From Clostridiales bacterium (GTDB lineage: Bacteria > Bacillota > Clostridia > Oscillospirales > CAG-272): DNA of 53,250 bases. Both the position numbers and the translations under genes were made by a program. The DNA is taken from contig JAILLB010000049.1 of the NCBI GenBank assembly GCA_024693345.1, positions 1-53,250 on the forward strand. The letters are read 5' to 3'. The stretch's first letter is position 1. Each line of letters opens with the position of its first letter. Below, one piece after another: positions 32,807-41,950 of the stretch. The notes under the pieces were generated by a model. That model was not told the origin of the DNA and did not search any database. It saw only the letters and a program-made list of their open reading frames with translations.

Positions 32807-34258
32807 TTAATGACCTCTATATTCAAGACATAGCATTGTCAAATCATCGAATTGTTCTGCATCTTTGACGAATCCGTCAACTGAATTGCGCACCTGTTTA
32901 AGAATGCTTTCAGGAGAAGAATTTGGATCTTGATTCAATGCTTCAAGCATACGATCAGTGCCGTACAATTCTTTGACTGAACTTGTTGCTTCCGGTACTC
33001 CGTCAGTGTAGAGGAAGAGTTTGGAACCGGGCTGCATTGTGATTTCATATTCCCTGTACCTTATATCGTCCATTCCGCCTATAACAAATCCATGTTTATC
33101 TTTAACAAGTTCAAACTTGCTGTTGGCTTGATGTAATACCGGATATTCATGCCCCGCATTGGCAGCCGTAAGTTTACCTGTTGAAAGCTCAAGTATTCCA
33201 AGCCATACCGTGACAAACATTTCTTCGCGGTTGTTTGAACAAATTGCAGCATTTGTGTCCGTAAGAATTTGAGCAGGAGATTTTCCAAGCATAGCATTGT
33301 TGGCAAGGATGATTTTAGTGGCCATCATGAACAGCGCTGCAGGAACTCCTTTTCCCGAAACGTCAGCCATGACAATGCATAAATGATCGTCATCTACCAA
33401 GAAGAAATCATAAAAGTCCCCGCCTACTTCCTTTGCCGGATCCATGGATGCATATATATCAAATTCCGGGCGTTCAGGAAATGCAGGATAAATGCTTGGC
33501 AACATATCTGCCTGGATTGCTGATGCCATTGTCAGTTCTGTTTCAATTCTTGAGTTTTCAAGTTGCTGTTTCTCATATTTCTCAGTCTGATTTCTGACGA
33601 TGACAGAGAACATGAATACTGCGGCACCGACAGTGGCGAATATGATAAATTGTACTCCATAGAAAATGCCCTGCAGTATTATTGCAACTATTGGTGCTAC
33701 CATGTAAACCCAAAATGCGACATATACTTTTTTGTCGATGTTTTTGCGGTACTTGACCAATAAAACAATATCGAGAACAAGCATTACAATAGGCGCTGCA
33801 TTTGAAAGCAGGTACAAAGCACCACGGTGGTATATGTTGCCATCATCAAAGAAGAAAATAATGTTTGTGAATCTGTCAACAATCAAAAGAATTACGTGAA
33901 CTATCAAAAGGGTTAAAAGGGATATTGCTATACCTTTTGATTTGTGGTTGGGCCGAGCCACGGACAATACGAGCATAGACATCAAAAATGCCATGATTCC
34001 TGCTGCCAGCATTTCCACGAATGTTACTGCATATAGTGCAATTTTTATACCATCCCCGAGTAAGCCCTCCATAAGCTTGCGTGCCAGATGAGCCGATATG
34101 TAAAGAGTTATTAGAGAAAAAAATGCTTGGAAATATCTTCTAACTTCTTTGCGAAGATTAACTGCGGATGTGATGTGCAAAAAGCAAAGACCACAAACTC
34201 CGATTCCAGCAGAAATGAATAAGATGTTAATTAGGTTGGCAGTGGTTATACTTAACAT
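32807..34258 (-). CDS. Membrane-anchored PP2C/SpoIIE (RsbU-type) phosphatase
   Basis: About 7 TM helices at the N-terminus; VGGDFYDF, ADVSGKG, NAGH, LYTDGV, DDLT. Confidence 0.93.
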   Translation of the reverse strand: MLSITTANLINILFISAGIGVCGLCFLHITSAVNLRKEVRRYFQAFFSLITLYISAHLARKLMEGLLGDGIKIALYAVTFVEMLAAGIMAFLMSMLVLSVARPNHKSKGIAISLLTLLIVHVILLIVDRFTNIIFFFDDGNIYHRGALYLLSNAAPIVMLVLDIVLLVKYRKNIDKKVYVAFWVYMVAPIVAIILQGIFYGVQFIIFATVGAAVFMFSVIVRNQTEKYEKQQLENSRIETELTMASAIQADMLPSIYPAFPERPEFDIYASMDPAKEVGGDFYDFFLVDDDHLCIVMADVSGKGVPAALFMMATKIILANNAMLGKSPAQILTDTNAAICSNNREEMFVTVWLGILELSTGKLTAANAGHEYPVLHQANSKFELVKDKHGFVIGGMDDIRYREYEITMQPGSKLFLYTDGVPEATSSVKELYGTDRMLEALNQDPNSSPESILKQVRNSVDGFVKDAEQFDDLTMLCLEYRGH

Positions 34259-34350
34259 TTTAATATCTCCATACAGTTTTCTCTATGACAATGATACCAT
34301 GATTGATATAAAAATACAACGAAAATGAAATGTTAAATCTTTTGGGAAAC

Positions 34351-34384
34351 AAAAAACCTCTCTGGTTTTTGCTTACCAAAGAGG
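34351..34384 (-). terminator. Terminator after tRNA-Gln
   Basis: CCTCTTTGGT...ACCAGAGAGG followed by T6 on the minus strand. Confidence 0.7.
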
Positions 34385-34394
34385 CATATTTATC

Positions 34395-34471
34395 TGGCTG
34401 GGACAGCCGGACTTGAACCGACGAAATGCAAGAGTCAAAGTCTTGTGCCTTACCAACTTGGCTATGTCCCA
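34395..34471 (-). tRNA. tRNA-Gln(TTG)
   Basis: TGGGACATAGCCAAGTTGGTAAGGCACAAGACTTTGACTCTTGCATTTCGTCGGTTCAAGTCCGGCTGTCCCAGCCA; anticodon TTG. Confidence 0.97.
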
Positions 34472-34484
34472 TTAAGCAGTTAGT

Positions 34485-34513
34485 ATTTTAACAACTATTG
34501 AAAAATATGTCAA
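34485..34513 (-). promoter_or_regulatory. tRNA-Gln promoter
   Basis: TTGACA, 17 bp, TGn-TAAAAT. Confidence 0.75.
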
Positions 34514-34593
34514 CCGAAAAAACCATATTAATCATCATATTGTTATTCCCAGTTGTCTAGTGTAAAATGAACTACGGAAGGGAAGGTGGAGAA

Positions 34594-35523
34594 ATGTATA
34601 TTGCTATCGGTGTTATTGCAGCATTGATGATTGCATATGTTGTTTTTATGATCGTCATGTTCAACAAATCTGCCAGAGGAAGACAAACCGAGGATAATCT
34701 ATTTTCGGATGATCAGCCGAGTTATTTGAGGCCTTATCTTGAAAGATTGAGAGAGAACAGAAAGTGGCTTGACAAGATTCCGTTTGAGGAGATTTACGTA
34801 ACAAGCTTTGATAATCTCAAACTATATGCAAGGTTTTATCACTGTGAAAAACCCAAGGCAACTGCAATACTTGTGCATGGATACAGAGGTGACGGAGAAA
34901 CCTGTTATCCTATATTGTCCAGATATTTGCTTGAACAGAATATTGATGTTGTCATCATAAGACACAGAGCACATGTCCACAGCGAAGGGAAAAGACTTTG
35001 TCTGGGGTTAAAAGAAAGGTATGACGTCAAGAGCTGGTGCGATTATGTCAGCACAATAATACCAAAGGATATGCCAATGTTTGTGAGCGGAATATCCATG
35101 GGCGGTGCCTCTGTTCTACTATCTTCAAGTCTGGAATTGCCCGATAATGTTAAGTTCCTTATTAATGATTGCGGATATTCTGATGGGTATGAAGAATTGA
35201 AGGCTGCCGCCAGATTTATGAAGATTCCGCCGATTTTTTATGCTCCGATAGGGTGGTTGTTATACAAGATTACAGAGGGAGTAGATTTCAAAAAAGTTAG
35301 ACCTGTTGATGAAGTAAAAAAATCACATCTTCCTATATTAACCATACACGGAGAAGCCGATACATTTGTGCCATTTGAAATGTGTAAAGAGATATATGCT
35401 GCATGTGCATCTGAAAAAGAACTCGTGACTGTTCCAGGTGCAACTCATGGTATGAGTTATCTGGTTGATACCGACAAGTGCAATAAAGCTATTCAAAGAT
35501 GGATAGACAAATATCTTTCCTGA
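34594..35523 (+). CDS. Membrane-anchored alpha/beta hydrolase
   Basis: N-terminal TM, VHGY, GISMG nucleophile, HGEADTFVP, GATH. Confidence 0.9.
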   Translation: MYIAIGVIAALMIAYVVFMIVMFNKSARGRQTEDNLFSDDQPSYLRPYLERLRENRKWLDKIPFEEIYVTSFDNLKLYARFYHCEKPKATAILVHGYRGDGETCYPILSRYLLEQNIDVVIIRHRAHVHSEGKRLCLGLKERYDVKSWCDYVSTIIPKDMPMFVSGISMGGASVLLSSSLELPDNVKFLINDCGYSDGYEELKAAARFMKIPPIFYAPIGWLLYKITEGVDFKKVRPVDEVKKSHLPILTIHGEADTFVPFEMCKEIYAACASEKELVTVPGATHGMSYLVDTDKCNKAIQRWIDKYLS

Positions 35524-35536
35524 AAAATAAAAAATG

Positions 35537-35565
35537 ATGGCATGACTTTCGGTCATGCCATTTTG
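35537..35565. terminator. Bidirectional terminator
   Basis: ATGGCATGAC-tttcg-GTCATGCCAT flanked by A/T runs. Confidence 0.75.
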
Positions 35566-35576
35566 ATGTTTTTTAA

Positions 35577-35951
35577 TCATTGTTTGCCATATTTTTTCAT
35601 GTGTGCCTTAATGGCATCGAATGTTTCATCGCTTATATAATGCTCGATCCTGCAGGCATCATTTGTTGCTGTTTCTTCACTGACGCCCAGATTGATTAAT
35701 AGCTTTGTAAGAACTGTGTGACGATCATAGATGCTCTGTGCCTTTTTGTAACCCTTTTCGGTCAGCTGGATGTATCCAAGATTATCCGTAACAACATATC
35801 CGCCCTTTTTGAGCAGACCTATGGCGCGGCTAACCGAAGGTTTTGAAAATCCCATTTGTTCGCCAACATCAATTCCACGGATGGTGGAAGATTTCTGAGA
35901 AAGAATATATATGGTTTCGAGATACATTTCGCCTGATTCCAACATGGCCAT
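35577..35951 (-). CDS. DtxR/MntR family metal-dependent regulator
   Basis: ESGEMYLETIY, FSKPSVSRA, DACRIEH; divergent from feo. Confidence 0.92.
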   Translation of the reverse strand: MAMLESGEMYLETIYILSQKSSTIRGIDVGEQMGFSKPSVSRAIGLLKKGGYVVTDNLGYIQLTEKGYKKAQSIYDRHTVLTKLLINLGVSEETATNDACRIEHYISDETFDAIKAHMKKYGKQ

Positions 35952-36030
35952 TTGGACAACCTCCATCGTTTCGAGTGTAAATATAGATTATCACATTTTT
36001 ACGAAATTTTCAACAAACACAAAATCCCTC

Positions 36031-36083
36031 TTGACAAGTTAGCGTATGCTAACTATAATATATGCGGTTAGTGGTTGCTAACC
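36031..36083 (+). promoter_or_regulatory. feo promoter with two palindromic operators
   Basis: TTGACA 36031-36036, 17 bp, TATAAT 36054-36059; AGTTAGC-gtat-GCTAACT 36037-36054 and GGTTAGT-ggtt-GCTAACC 36066-36083. Confidence 0.88.
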
Positions 36084-36106
36084 GACAAATGCAGGAGGAA
36101 AAAACT

Positions 36107-36319
36107 ATGATGCCATTGAATCTGGCTGAAAAGGGTCAGCCACAGATTATAAAGAGACTTGGAGGCAATCCGGAAGTGAAAAAGCATCTGGAAGATCTTG
36201 GCTTCATAGTCGGAGGTGAGATAAGTATTATTAACTCACTTGGCGGAAACCTGATAGTTAAAGTCAGGGAAAGCCGCGTAGCCGTCAGCGACGAACTTGC
36301 ACGAAAAATAATGGTGTAA
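36107..36319 (+). CDS. feoA: Ferrous iron transport protein A
   Basis: HLEDLGF, VKVRESRVA; start at MMPL after AGGAGG. Confidence 0.9.
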   Translation: MMPLNLAEKGQPQIIKRLGGNPEVKKHLEDLGFIVGGEISIINSLGGNLIVKVRESRVAVSDELARKIMV

Positions 36320-36334
36320 AAAGGAGAAAATGAA

Positions 36335-36556
36335 GTGAAAACGCTCAGAGATGTAAAAATCGGCGAAACTGCAACGGTTGTCAAGCTTCACGGAGAAGGA
36401 GCTGTCAAACGCCGCATCATGGATATGGGGATTACGAAGAATACCTCCGTATATGTAAGAAAAGTTGCTCCGCTCGGTGATCCGATTGAAATTACAGTAA
36501 GAAATTATGAGTTGTCAATCAGAAAGGCTGATGCGGAAATGGTTGAGGTTGAATGA
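36335..36556 (+). CDS. feoA: Ferrous iron transport protein A (second copy)
   Basis: RRIMDMG, APLGDPIE. Confidence 0.95.
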   Translation: MKTLRDVKIGETATVVKLHGEGAVKRRIMDMGITKNTSVYVRKVAPLGDPIEITVRNYELSIRKADAEMVEVE

Positions 36557-36594
36557 TTAATCCGGATGATTATCCGGTTATATTTTCAGGCAAT

Positions 36595-36612
36595 AGTTAG
36601 CGCACGCTAACT
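36595..36612. promoter_or_regulatory. Third operator, between feoA and feoB
   Basis: AGTTAGC-gcac-GCTAACT. Confidence 0.8.
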
Positions 36613-36647
36613 GCTCAAAGCTGAAAAATGCAGAAAGGAAGAATAAA

Positions 36648-39044
36648 ATGAACATTCGTATTGCCCTCGCGGGCAACCCAAACAGTGGTAAAACAACGCT
36701 GTTTAATGCACTGACCGGTTCCAATCAGTTTGTTGGAAACTGGCCCGGAGTAACTGTAGAAAAAAAAGAAGGAAAATTGAAAAAACATGATGATGTTACA
36801 ATAACAGACCTTCCTGGAATCTACTCACTTTCTCCATACACACTTGAAGAAGTGGTTGCCAGAAATTATCTCATTGGTGAACGTCCGGATGCAATTCTGA
36901 ACATCATTGATGGTACAAACCTTGAAAGAAACCTGTATTTGACAACCCAACTCACAGAGCTTGGAATTCCGGTTGTTGTTGCAGTAAACATGATAGATAT
37001 AGTCAATAAAAATGGTGACCAGATTAATGTAGAAGAGTTGTCAAGACAGCTTGGGTGCAAAGTTGTAGTAATATCTGCACTTAAGGAAACCGGTGTGATG
37101 GAAGCCGCAGAAGCTGCCATTGAAGCCGCAAAGAATACAAAGACAATACCGATGCATTCGTTCTCCGGACCTGTAGAACATGCTCTTGCTCACATAGAAG
37201 AAGCTGCAGTACATAATCTTCCCGAAGAGCAGCAGAGGTGGTATGCCATCAAGATATTCGAGCGCGACGATAAAGTTCTCGAACAAATGAAGATTCCGCA
37301 GGAAACACTGGATCATATTGAAAAGGATATTCAGGCTGCGGAAACAGAACTGGATGACGATGCTGAAAGTATCATAACTAATGAACGCTATGTATATATA
37401 GCTGAAGTAATCAAGTCTTGTTACAAAAAGAAAAAGACAGACAGTCTGACAACATCAGACAAGATAGACAAAATAGTTACCAACCGCTGGCTCGGTCTTC
37501 CCATATTTGCAGTTATCATGTTCCTTGTATATTGGATTTCCATGGTCGCAGTAGGAGCTCCTGCTACTGATTGGGCCAATGATGGATTGTTTGGAGACGG
37601 ATACCATCTGATAGGCATTGATGGTGGATATAACGAATTAGCAGAAAGATATGCAGAAGCCCAGGCCATTGTCGACGGATATGATGCATATGTAGAAGAA
37701 AACGGAACGGCACCAACAGTTGATTTCAAATACTACATTGATGATGAAGAAACACTTGAACATGAAGAATTTACTGCAAGTCTTGAAGACTATAACGAGG
37801 CCGTAAAGACCCTTAATGAAATAGGTGATGAACCTGATCCCGCAGATTATGGTGTATGGGTTCCCGGAATACCGACTCTCGTCGAGAGAGGCCTTGATGC
37901 AATTAATGCAGCGGAATGGCTGAAAGGTCTTATTTTAAATGGAATTATTGCGGGTGTCGGTGCCGTTTTAGGCTTTGTTCCTCAGATGCTTGTCCTGTTC
38001 CTGCTGCTTGCATTCTTGGAAGCGTGCGGATATATGGCTCGTATCGCATTCGTGCTCGACCGTGTATTCCGTAAATTCGGATTATCAGGAAAATCCTTTA
38101 TTCCGATGCTTATCGGTGTCGGATGCGGAGTTCCTGGTATCATGGCAAGCAGGACGATTGAAAACGAACGTGATCGTCGAATGACAATAATGACAACAAC
38201 ATTTATTCCATGCGGAGCAAAGGTTCCGTTTATAGCAATGATTGCAGGAGCAATATTTGGACGTTCTCCTTTGGTGGCAACATCTGCATATTTCATAGGA
38301 ATGGCTGCAATTGTAATTTCAGGAATAATGCTTAAAAAGACAAGAATGTTTGCAGGCAACCCCGCACCATTCGTAATGGAACTTCCCGCTTATCACTGGC
38401 CGACAGTCAAAAATGTTCTGAGATCAATGTGGGAACGCGGCTGGTCGTTCATAAAGAAAGCAGGAACAATAATCCTTCTTTCAACCATTGTTGTATGGTT
38501 TACCAGCTACTTTGGATTTACTGATGAAGGATTCCGTATGCTGGCAGAAGAGGAACTTGAATTGTCCGTTCTTGCCAAGATAGGCGGATTTATTGCTTGG
38601 ATTTTTGCTCCTCTTGGATGGGGTAACTGGCAGGCAGCTGTAGCATCAATTACAGGACTTGTTGCTAAGGAAAACATTGTTGGAACAATGGGAATCCTCT
38701 ATGGCTCAGGCGAGTTGACTGCATGGCAGGCTCTGTCACAGGCATTTACAGGTGTGACTGCTTATTCATTCCTCGTATTCAATCTCCTCTGTGCTCCGTG
38801 CTTCGCAGCAATCGGTGCAATCAAGCGTGAAATGAACAATGCAAAGTGGACATTGTTCGCAATCGCATACCAGTGCGGATTTGCTTACCTGATAGCATTG
38901 ATGATTAACCAGTTTGGTGGAATCTTCACGGGAAATATCAGCGTAGTTGGATTAATATTTGCTGTAGCGGCTTTAGCACTTATAGTTTACATGCTGTTCT
39001 TCAAGAAATATAAAGAAGCAGATAAACTTACGAAAGTATCTTAA
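36648..39044 (+). CDS. feoB: Ferrous iron transporter B
   Basis: GNPNSGKT, NWPGVTVE, DLPGIYSL, gate motifs. Confidence 0.98.
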   Translation: MNIRIALAGNPNSGKTTLFNALTGSNQFVGNWPGVTVEKKEGKLKKHDDVTITDLPGIYSLSPYTLEEVVARNYLIGERPDAILNIIDGTNLERNLYLTTQLTELGIPVVVAVNMIDIVNKNGDQINVEELSRQLGCKVVVISALKETGVMEAAEAAIEAAKNTKTIPMHSFSGPVEHALAHIEEAAVHNLPEEQQRWYAIKIFERDDKVLEQMKIPQETLDHIEKDIQAAETELDDDAESIITNERYVYIAEVIKSCYKKKKTDSLTTSDKIDKIVTNRWLGLPIFAVIMFLVYWISMVAVGAPATDWANDGLFGDGYHLIGIDGGYNELAERYAEAQAIVDGYDAYVEENGTAPTVDFKYYIDDEETLEHEEFTASLEDYNEAVKTLNEIGDEPDPADYGVWVPGIPTLVERGLDAINAAEWLKGLILNGIIAGVGAVLGFVPQMLVLFLLLAFLEACGYMARIAFVLDRVFRKFGLSGKSFIPMLIGVGCGVPGIMASRTIENERDRRMTIMTTTFIPCGAKVPFIAMIAGAIFGRSPLVATSAYFIGMAAIVISGIMLKKTRMFAGNPAPFVMELPAYHWPTVKNVLRSMWERGWSFIKKAGTIILLSTIVVWFTSYFGFTDEGFRMLAEEELELSVLAKIGGFIAWIFAPLGWGNWQAAVASITGLVAKENIVGTMGILYGSGELTAWQALSQAFTGVTAYSFLVFNLLCAPCFAAIGAIKREMNNAKWTLFAIAYQCGFAYLIALMINQFGGIFTGNISVVGLIFAVAALALIVYMLFFKKYKEADKLTKVS

Positions 39045-39062
39045 TGAAAAGAGAGTGACGTT

Positions 39063-39233
39063 ATGTTAACATGGATGATTAATAATTTGGGAACAATCAT
39101 TGTTTCCTTGGTATTGATTGCCGTTGTGGTTTTAATTGTCTTCTATCTCAAAAAAGAGAAGAAGAGCGGTAAATCATCATGCGGCGGAAACTGCGCCCAT
39201 TGTTCCATGTGCAAATCGTGTCACCAGAAATGA
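39063..39233 (+). CDS. FeoB-associated Cys-rich membrane protein, 56 aa
   Basis: Manual translation MLTWMINNLGTIIVSLVLIAVVVLIVFYLKKEKKSGKSSCGGNCAHCSMCKSCHQK; below the ORF track cutoff. Confidence 0.88.
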   Translation: MLTWMINNLGTIIVSLVLIAVVVLIVFYLKKEKKSGKSSCGGNCAHCSMCKSCHQK

Positions 39234-39250
39234 AAAAATAAGTAAGGCAT

Positions 39251-39297
39251 AAAAAATACGGACTTCATTGAAATAGTCAATGCAGTCCGTATTTTTT
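39251..39297. terminator. Bidirectional terminator
   Basis: AAAAAATACGGACT...AGTCCGTATTTTTT. Confidence 0.85.
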
Positions 39298-39308
39298 GTA
39301 GTTGATAA

Positions 39309-39440
39309 GTGAACTACCCACCACCTGTTTACACTGAGGTGGGTGCTTCATAGATGATTTGCATCATCCAATCTTTTTTACTCTTCGATGCAGGTATCCC
39401 CACAAGCATAAGGAGTCTAGCCCCGGTGTCCCGACCGGTT
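39309..39440 (-). ncRNA. Putative TnpB omega-RNA (reRNA) scaffold
   Basis: AACCGGTCGGGACACCGGGGCTAG... through the right-end hairpin to GTAGTTCAC, resembling IS605 tnpB 3' ends; recognised by eye only. Confidence 0.6.
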
Positions 39441-39693
39441 ATTTTTTTCTTATTTACGTGATCTGTGTCTGAATTCAGATCTACGCTTTGCTCTCATTTC
39501 CGACTGTTCTTCTACAATTTCATAGCTTTCGCCAATAAACTCGCTTCATTACTACCGATAATTATACAACTTCGTATTTTTAATCTTAATATCTTGAGTT
39601 GTATTTCTTGTGTGTTTCGTAATCCTTTTTGCACTCTTTCTCACAATTCATCTCGCCTCCTATAGAGGAGGGAGACTTCTTGCTGAGTGCTTG
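39309..39693 (-). mobile_element. Non-autonomous IS200/IS605 derivative (PATE-like), 385 bp
   Basis: Minus strand: TTTAA, then CAAGCACTCAGCAAG-AAGT and a left-end hairpin (39674-39652); right end GAAG-CACCCACCT..AGGTGGTGGGTAGTTCAC; no tnpA or tnpB ORF. Confidence 0.85.
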
Positions 39694-40389
39694 TTAAATT
39701 ATCGAAGTTTGTTCAAGCCTTGAGACACTGAAAGAGAATCCTGCGGTTTCCGTTACAGGAACTGAGAACAATTTGGTTGCTGCTTCAGAATTAGCACCGG
39801 CTTTATCCAGAATAGATTTCATTATGTTGATCTTACTGTCTTTGTCAGTGACAATAATTACCAATTCCTTGTCATCGGCAATTGTCATTCCAAAGAATTT
39901 TCCTTTATCTTCAGGCTTTGTTCCTTTTGCATGGACAATTGTGCCTCCGCCGGCACCACCTGCTCTGGCAGCGTCCATTACCATATTTGAATAACCGGAT
40001 TCGGTTATACACATAATCATCTCATAATTAGAAGTATTCATATTTGTGTCCTCCTTGTCATTAAGGTTAATGTCTGTAAAGGTTTTGATGGTTGATGAGC
40101 TGATTGTGCTCACCGGTATCGTACATGCGATGCCTTTGTCCGGAAGATACATCATCATTTCCTTGTTCATCTTTTTCAGAACTGATGATGCTGTTTCAGA
40201 AGGAAGAATTGTCAAATAAAGCACTTTTTCCGTCTGAACCAGTCCGAACGTGTCAAGGATTTCTTTTCTGGTGGAACCGATGCATGGATGACTGATTAAA
40301 TAGGATATTCCGCTTTCAGAAAAGAATGACGTAAAATCACCGCTGTCGGACTTTTTGGTTATGCATAACAACAATTGTAAGTCTTTCAC
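39694..40389 (-). CDS. Tandem PII-like (GlnB-fold) protein
   Basis: VMDAARAGGAGGGTIVHAKGT, FSVPV; degenerate N-terminal copy; GTG start. Confidence 0.8.
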   Translation of the reverse strand: MKDLQLLLCITKKSDSGDFTSFFSESGISYLISHPCIGSTRKEILDTFGLVQTEKVLYLTILPSETASSVLKKMNKEMMMYLPDKGIACTIPVSTISSSTIKTFTDINLNDKEDTNMNTSNYEMIMCITESGYSNMVMDAARAGGAGGGTIVHAKGTKPEDKGKFFGMTIADDKELVIIVTDKDSKINIMKSILDKAGANSEAATKLFSVPVTETAGFSFSVSRLEQTSII

Positions 40390-40399
40390 GTTTCACCTC

Positions 40400-41950
40400 T
40401 TACATTACAAGCGTTTCGTTCTCAACCTCTTCAGTTTTTTCGGGTTGAACTGTTTCTTCGGCAACGTGTGCCTTTGATGATTTGATTTTGAATATAAGAC
40501 CGAGAATCTGGATTGTCAGAAGTGGTGCTCCGGCAACCAGGGCAATCAGTCCGAATGCATCTGTTATTACGCTATTTTCAAGTGATTCACAGGCACCTGA
40601 TGCAAATGGAAGAAGGAATGCGGCTGTCATGGGGCCCGATGCAACACCTCCTGAGTCAAATGCAATTGAAGTGAATATTTTTGGGGAAATGAATGTCAAC
40701 ACAAGCGCTATTACGTAAATCGGAACAATGAACCATAACAGAGAAATTCCTGTGAAAACTCGTATCATAGCCATTCCAACAGCTGCTGAAACACCAAGTT
40801 CAAGGGAGAGAAGAATATGCTTTCTTGTAATTGATCCCGATGTTATATTTTCCACCTGTACAGATAAAACGTGCACTGCCGGTTCAGCTCTTACTATGAA
40901 GAAACCTGTCAGCATTCCAATCGGAACAATAATCCAACTATATGGCAGATTACCAAGTTGTGTTCCTATGTAATAACCAACGGGCATAAATCCCGCATTT
41001 GCTCCGGTTAAGAATAATACAAGTCCAAGATACGTATAAATTGCTCCTGCCACTATCTTGTTTAATGCCTTTTTTTGAATTTTGCTTACAATGAACTGAT
41101 AAATGATAAAGAAAATCAGTATCGGAAGAAGGGCAATTGCGACCTCCTTAAAGTACTCCGGGAATTGTTTTAGAATAGATACTGCAAGTTCTTGTGAATT
41201 GTCAATTTTGGGCATTTCATATGGCGTATATACGGCATTTGCCTTTGTAATAATGCTTAGAATGATGACAGTAAGAATTGGCCCAATTGAACAGAGAGCA
41301 ACAAGACCGAAACTATCTTCTTCAGCTGCTTTATCCGAACGAATGGATGCCACACCTACGCCAAGTGCCATGATAAACGGAACCGTCATCGGACCGGTTG
41401 TGACGCCGCCTGCATCAAATGCTGCCGGTATAAACTCCTGTGGAGCAAATATTGCCAATATGAAAATAATCGCATATCCGGCAATAAGAATATATGAGAG
41501 TCTGATTTTGAAGACGATTCTCAGCATTGCTATTATGAGGAATAATCCGACACCGATTCCAACTGCAACTATGAGAAGTGTGCTGTTAATACTGCCATTC
41601 AGCTGTTTTGCCAGTACCTGAAGGTCAGGCTCAGATATTGTTACAAGGGTTCCTACCAAAAATGATACGAGAATAATCAGCCACAGTTTTCTCTTCTTTA
41701 CCACTGATGAGCCTACATGCTGACCCATGGGAGTCATTGAGATGTCAGCTCCAAGCGTGAAAAATCCCATCCCCAGTATGAGAAGGACCGTTCCGGTGAG
41801 ATATGCGAGCAATAGTCCGCTGTCGACAGGAACAACTATAAACGTCAAAAGCAAGACTATGACTGAAATTGGAAGTACAGAAGACAATGATTCTTTTATC
41901 TTTTCAACCAAAACTTCGCCCGTTGTCATCAACATAAGTTTTCTGACCAT
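40400..41950 (-). CDS. DUF1538 family membrane protein, two fused repeats
   Basis: SEPDLQVLA / AEPAVHVL, AFDAGGVTTGPMT / AFDSGGVASGPMT. Confidence 0.85.
   Translation of the reverse strand: MVRKLMLMTTGEVLVEKIKESLSSVLPISVIVLLLTFIVVPVDSGLLLAYLTGTVLLILGMGFFTLGADISMTPMGQHVGSSVVKKRKLWLIILVSFLVGTLVTISEPDLQVLAKQLNGSINSTLLIVAVGIGVGLFLIIAMLRIVFKIRLSYILIAGYAIIFILAIFAPQEFIPAAFDAGGVTTGPMTVPFIMALGVGVASIRSDKAAEEDSFGLVALCSIGPILTVIILSIITKANAVYTPYEMPKIDNSQELAVSILKQFPEYFKEVAIALLPILIFFIIYQFIVSKIQKKALNKIVAGAIYTYLGLVLFLTGANAGFMPVGYYIGTQLGNLPYSWIIVPIGMLTGFFIVRAEPAVHVLSVQVENITSGSITRKHILLSLELGVSAAVGMAMIRVFTGISLLWFIVPIYVIALVLTFISPKIFTSIAFDSGGVASGPMTAAFLLPFASGACESLENSVITDAFGLIALVAGAPLLTIQILGLIFKIKSSKAHVAEETVQPEKTEEVENETLVM

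Noticed and set aside
30070-34471. Integrative island at tRNA-Gln (or tRNA-Pro)
   Set aside because: No integrase and no duplicated tRNA 3' end seen within the window.
39440-39665. Small ORFs inside the 385-bp element (track ORF 39465-39665; minus-strand MNCEKECKKDYETHKKYNSRY)
   Set aside because: No resemblance to TnpA or TnpB; the apparent RBS is part of the left-end hairpin.
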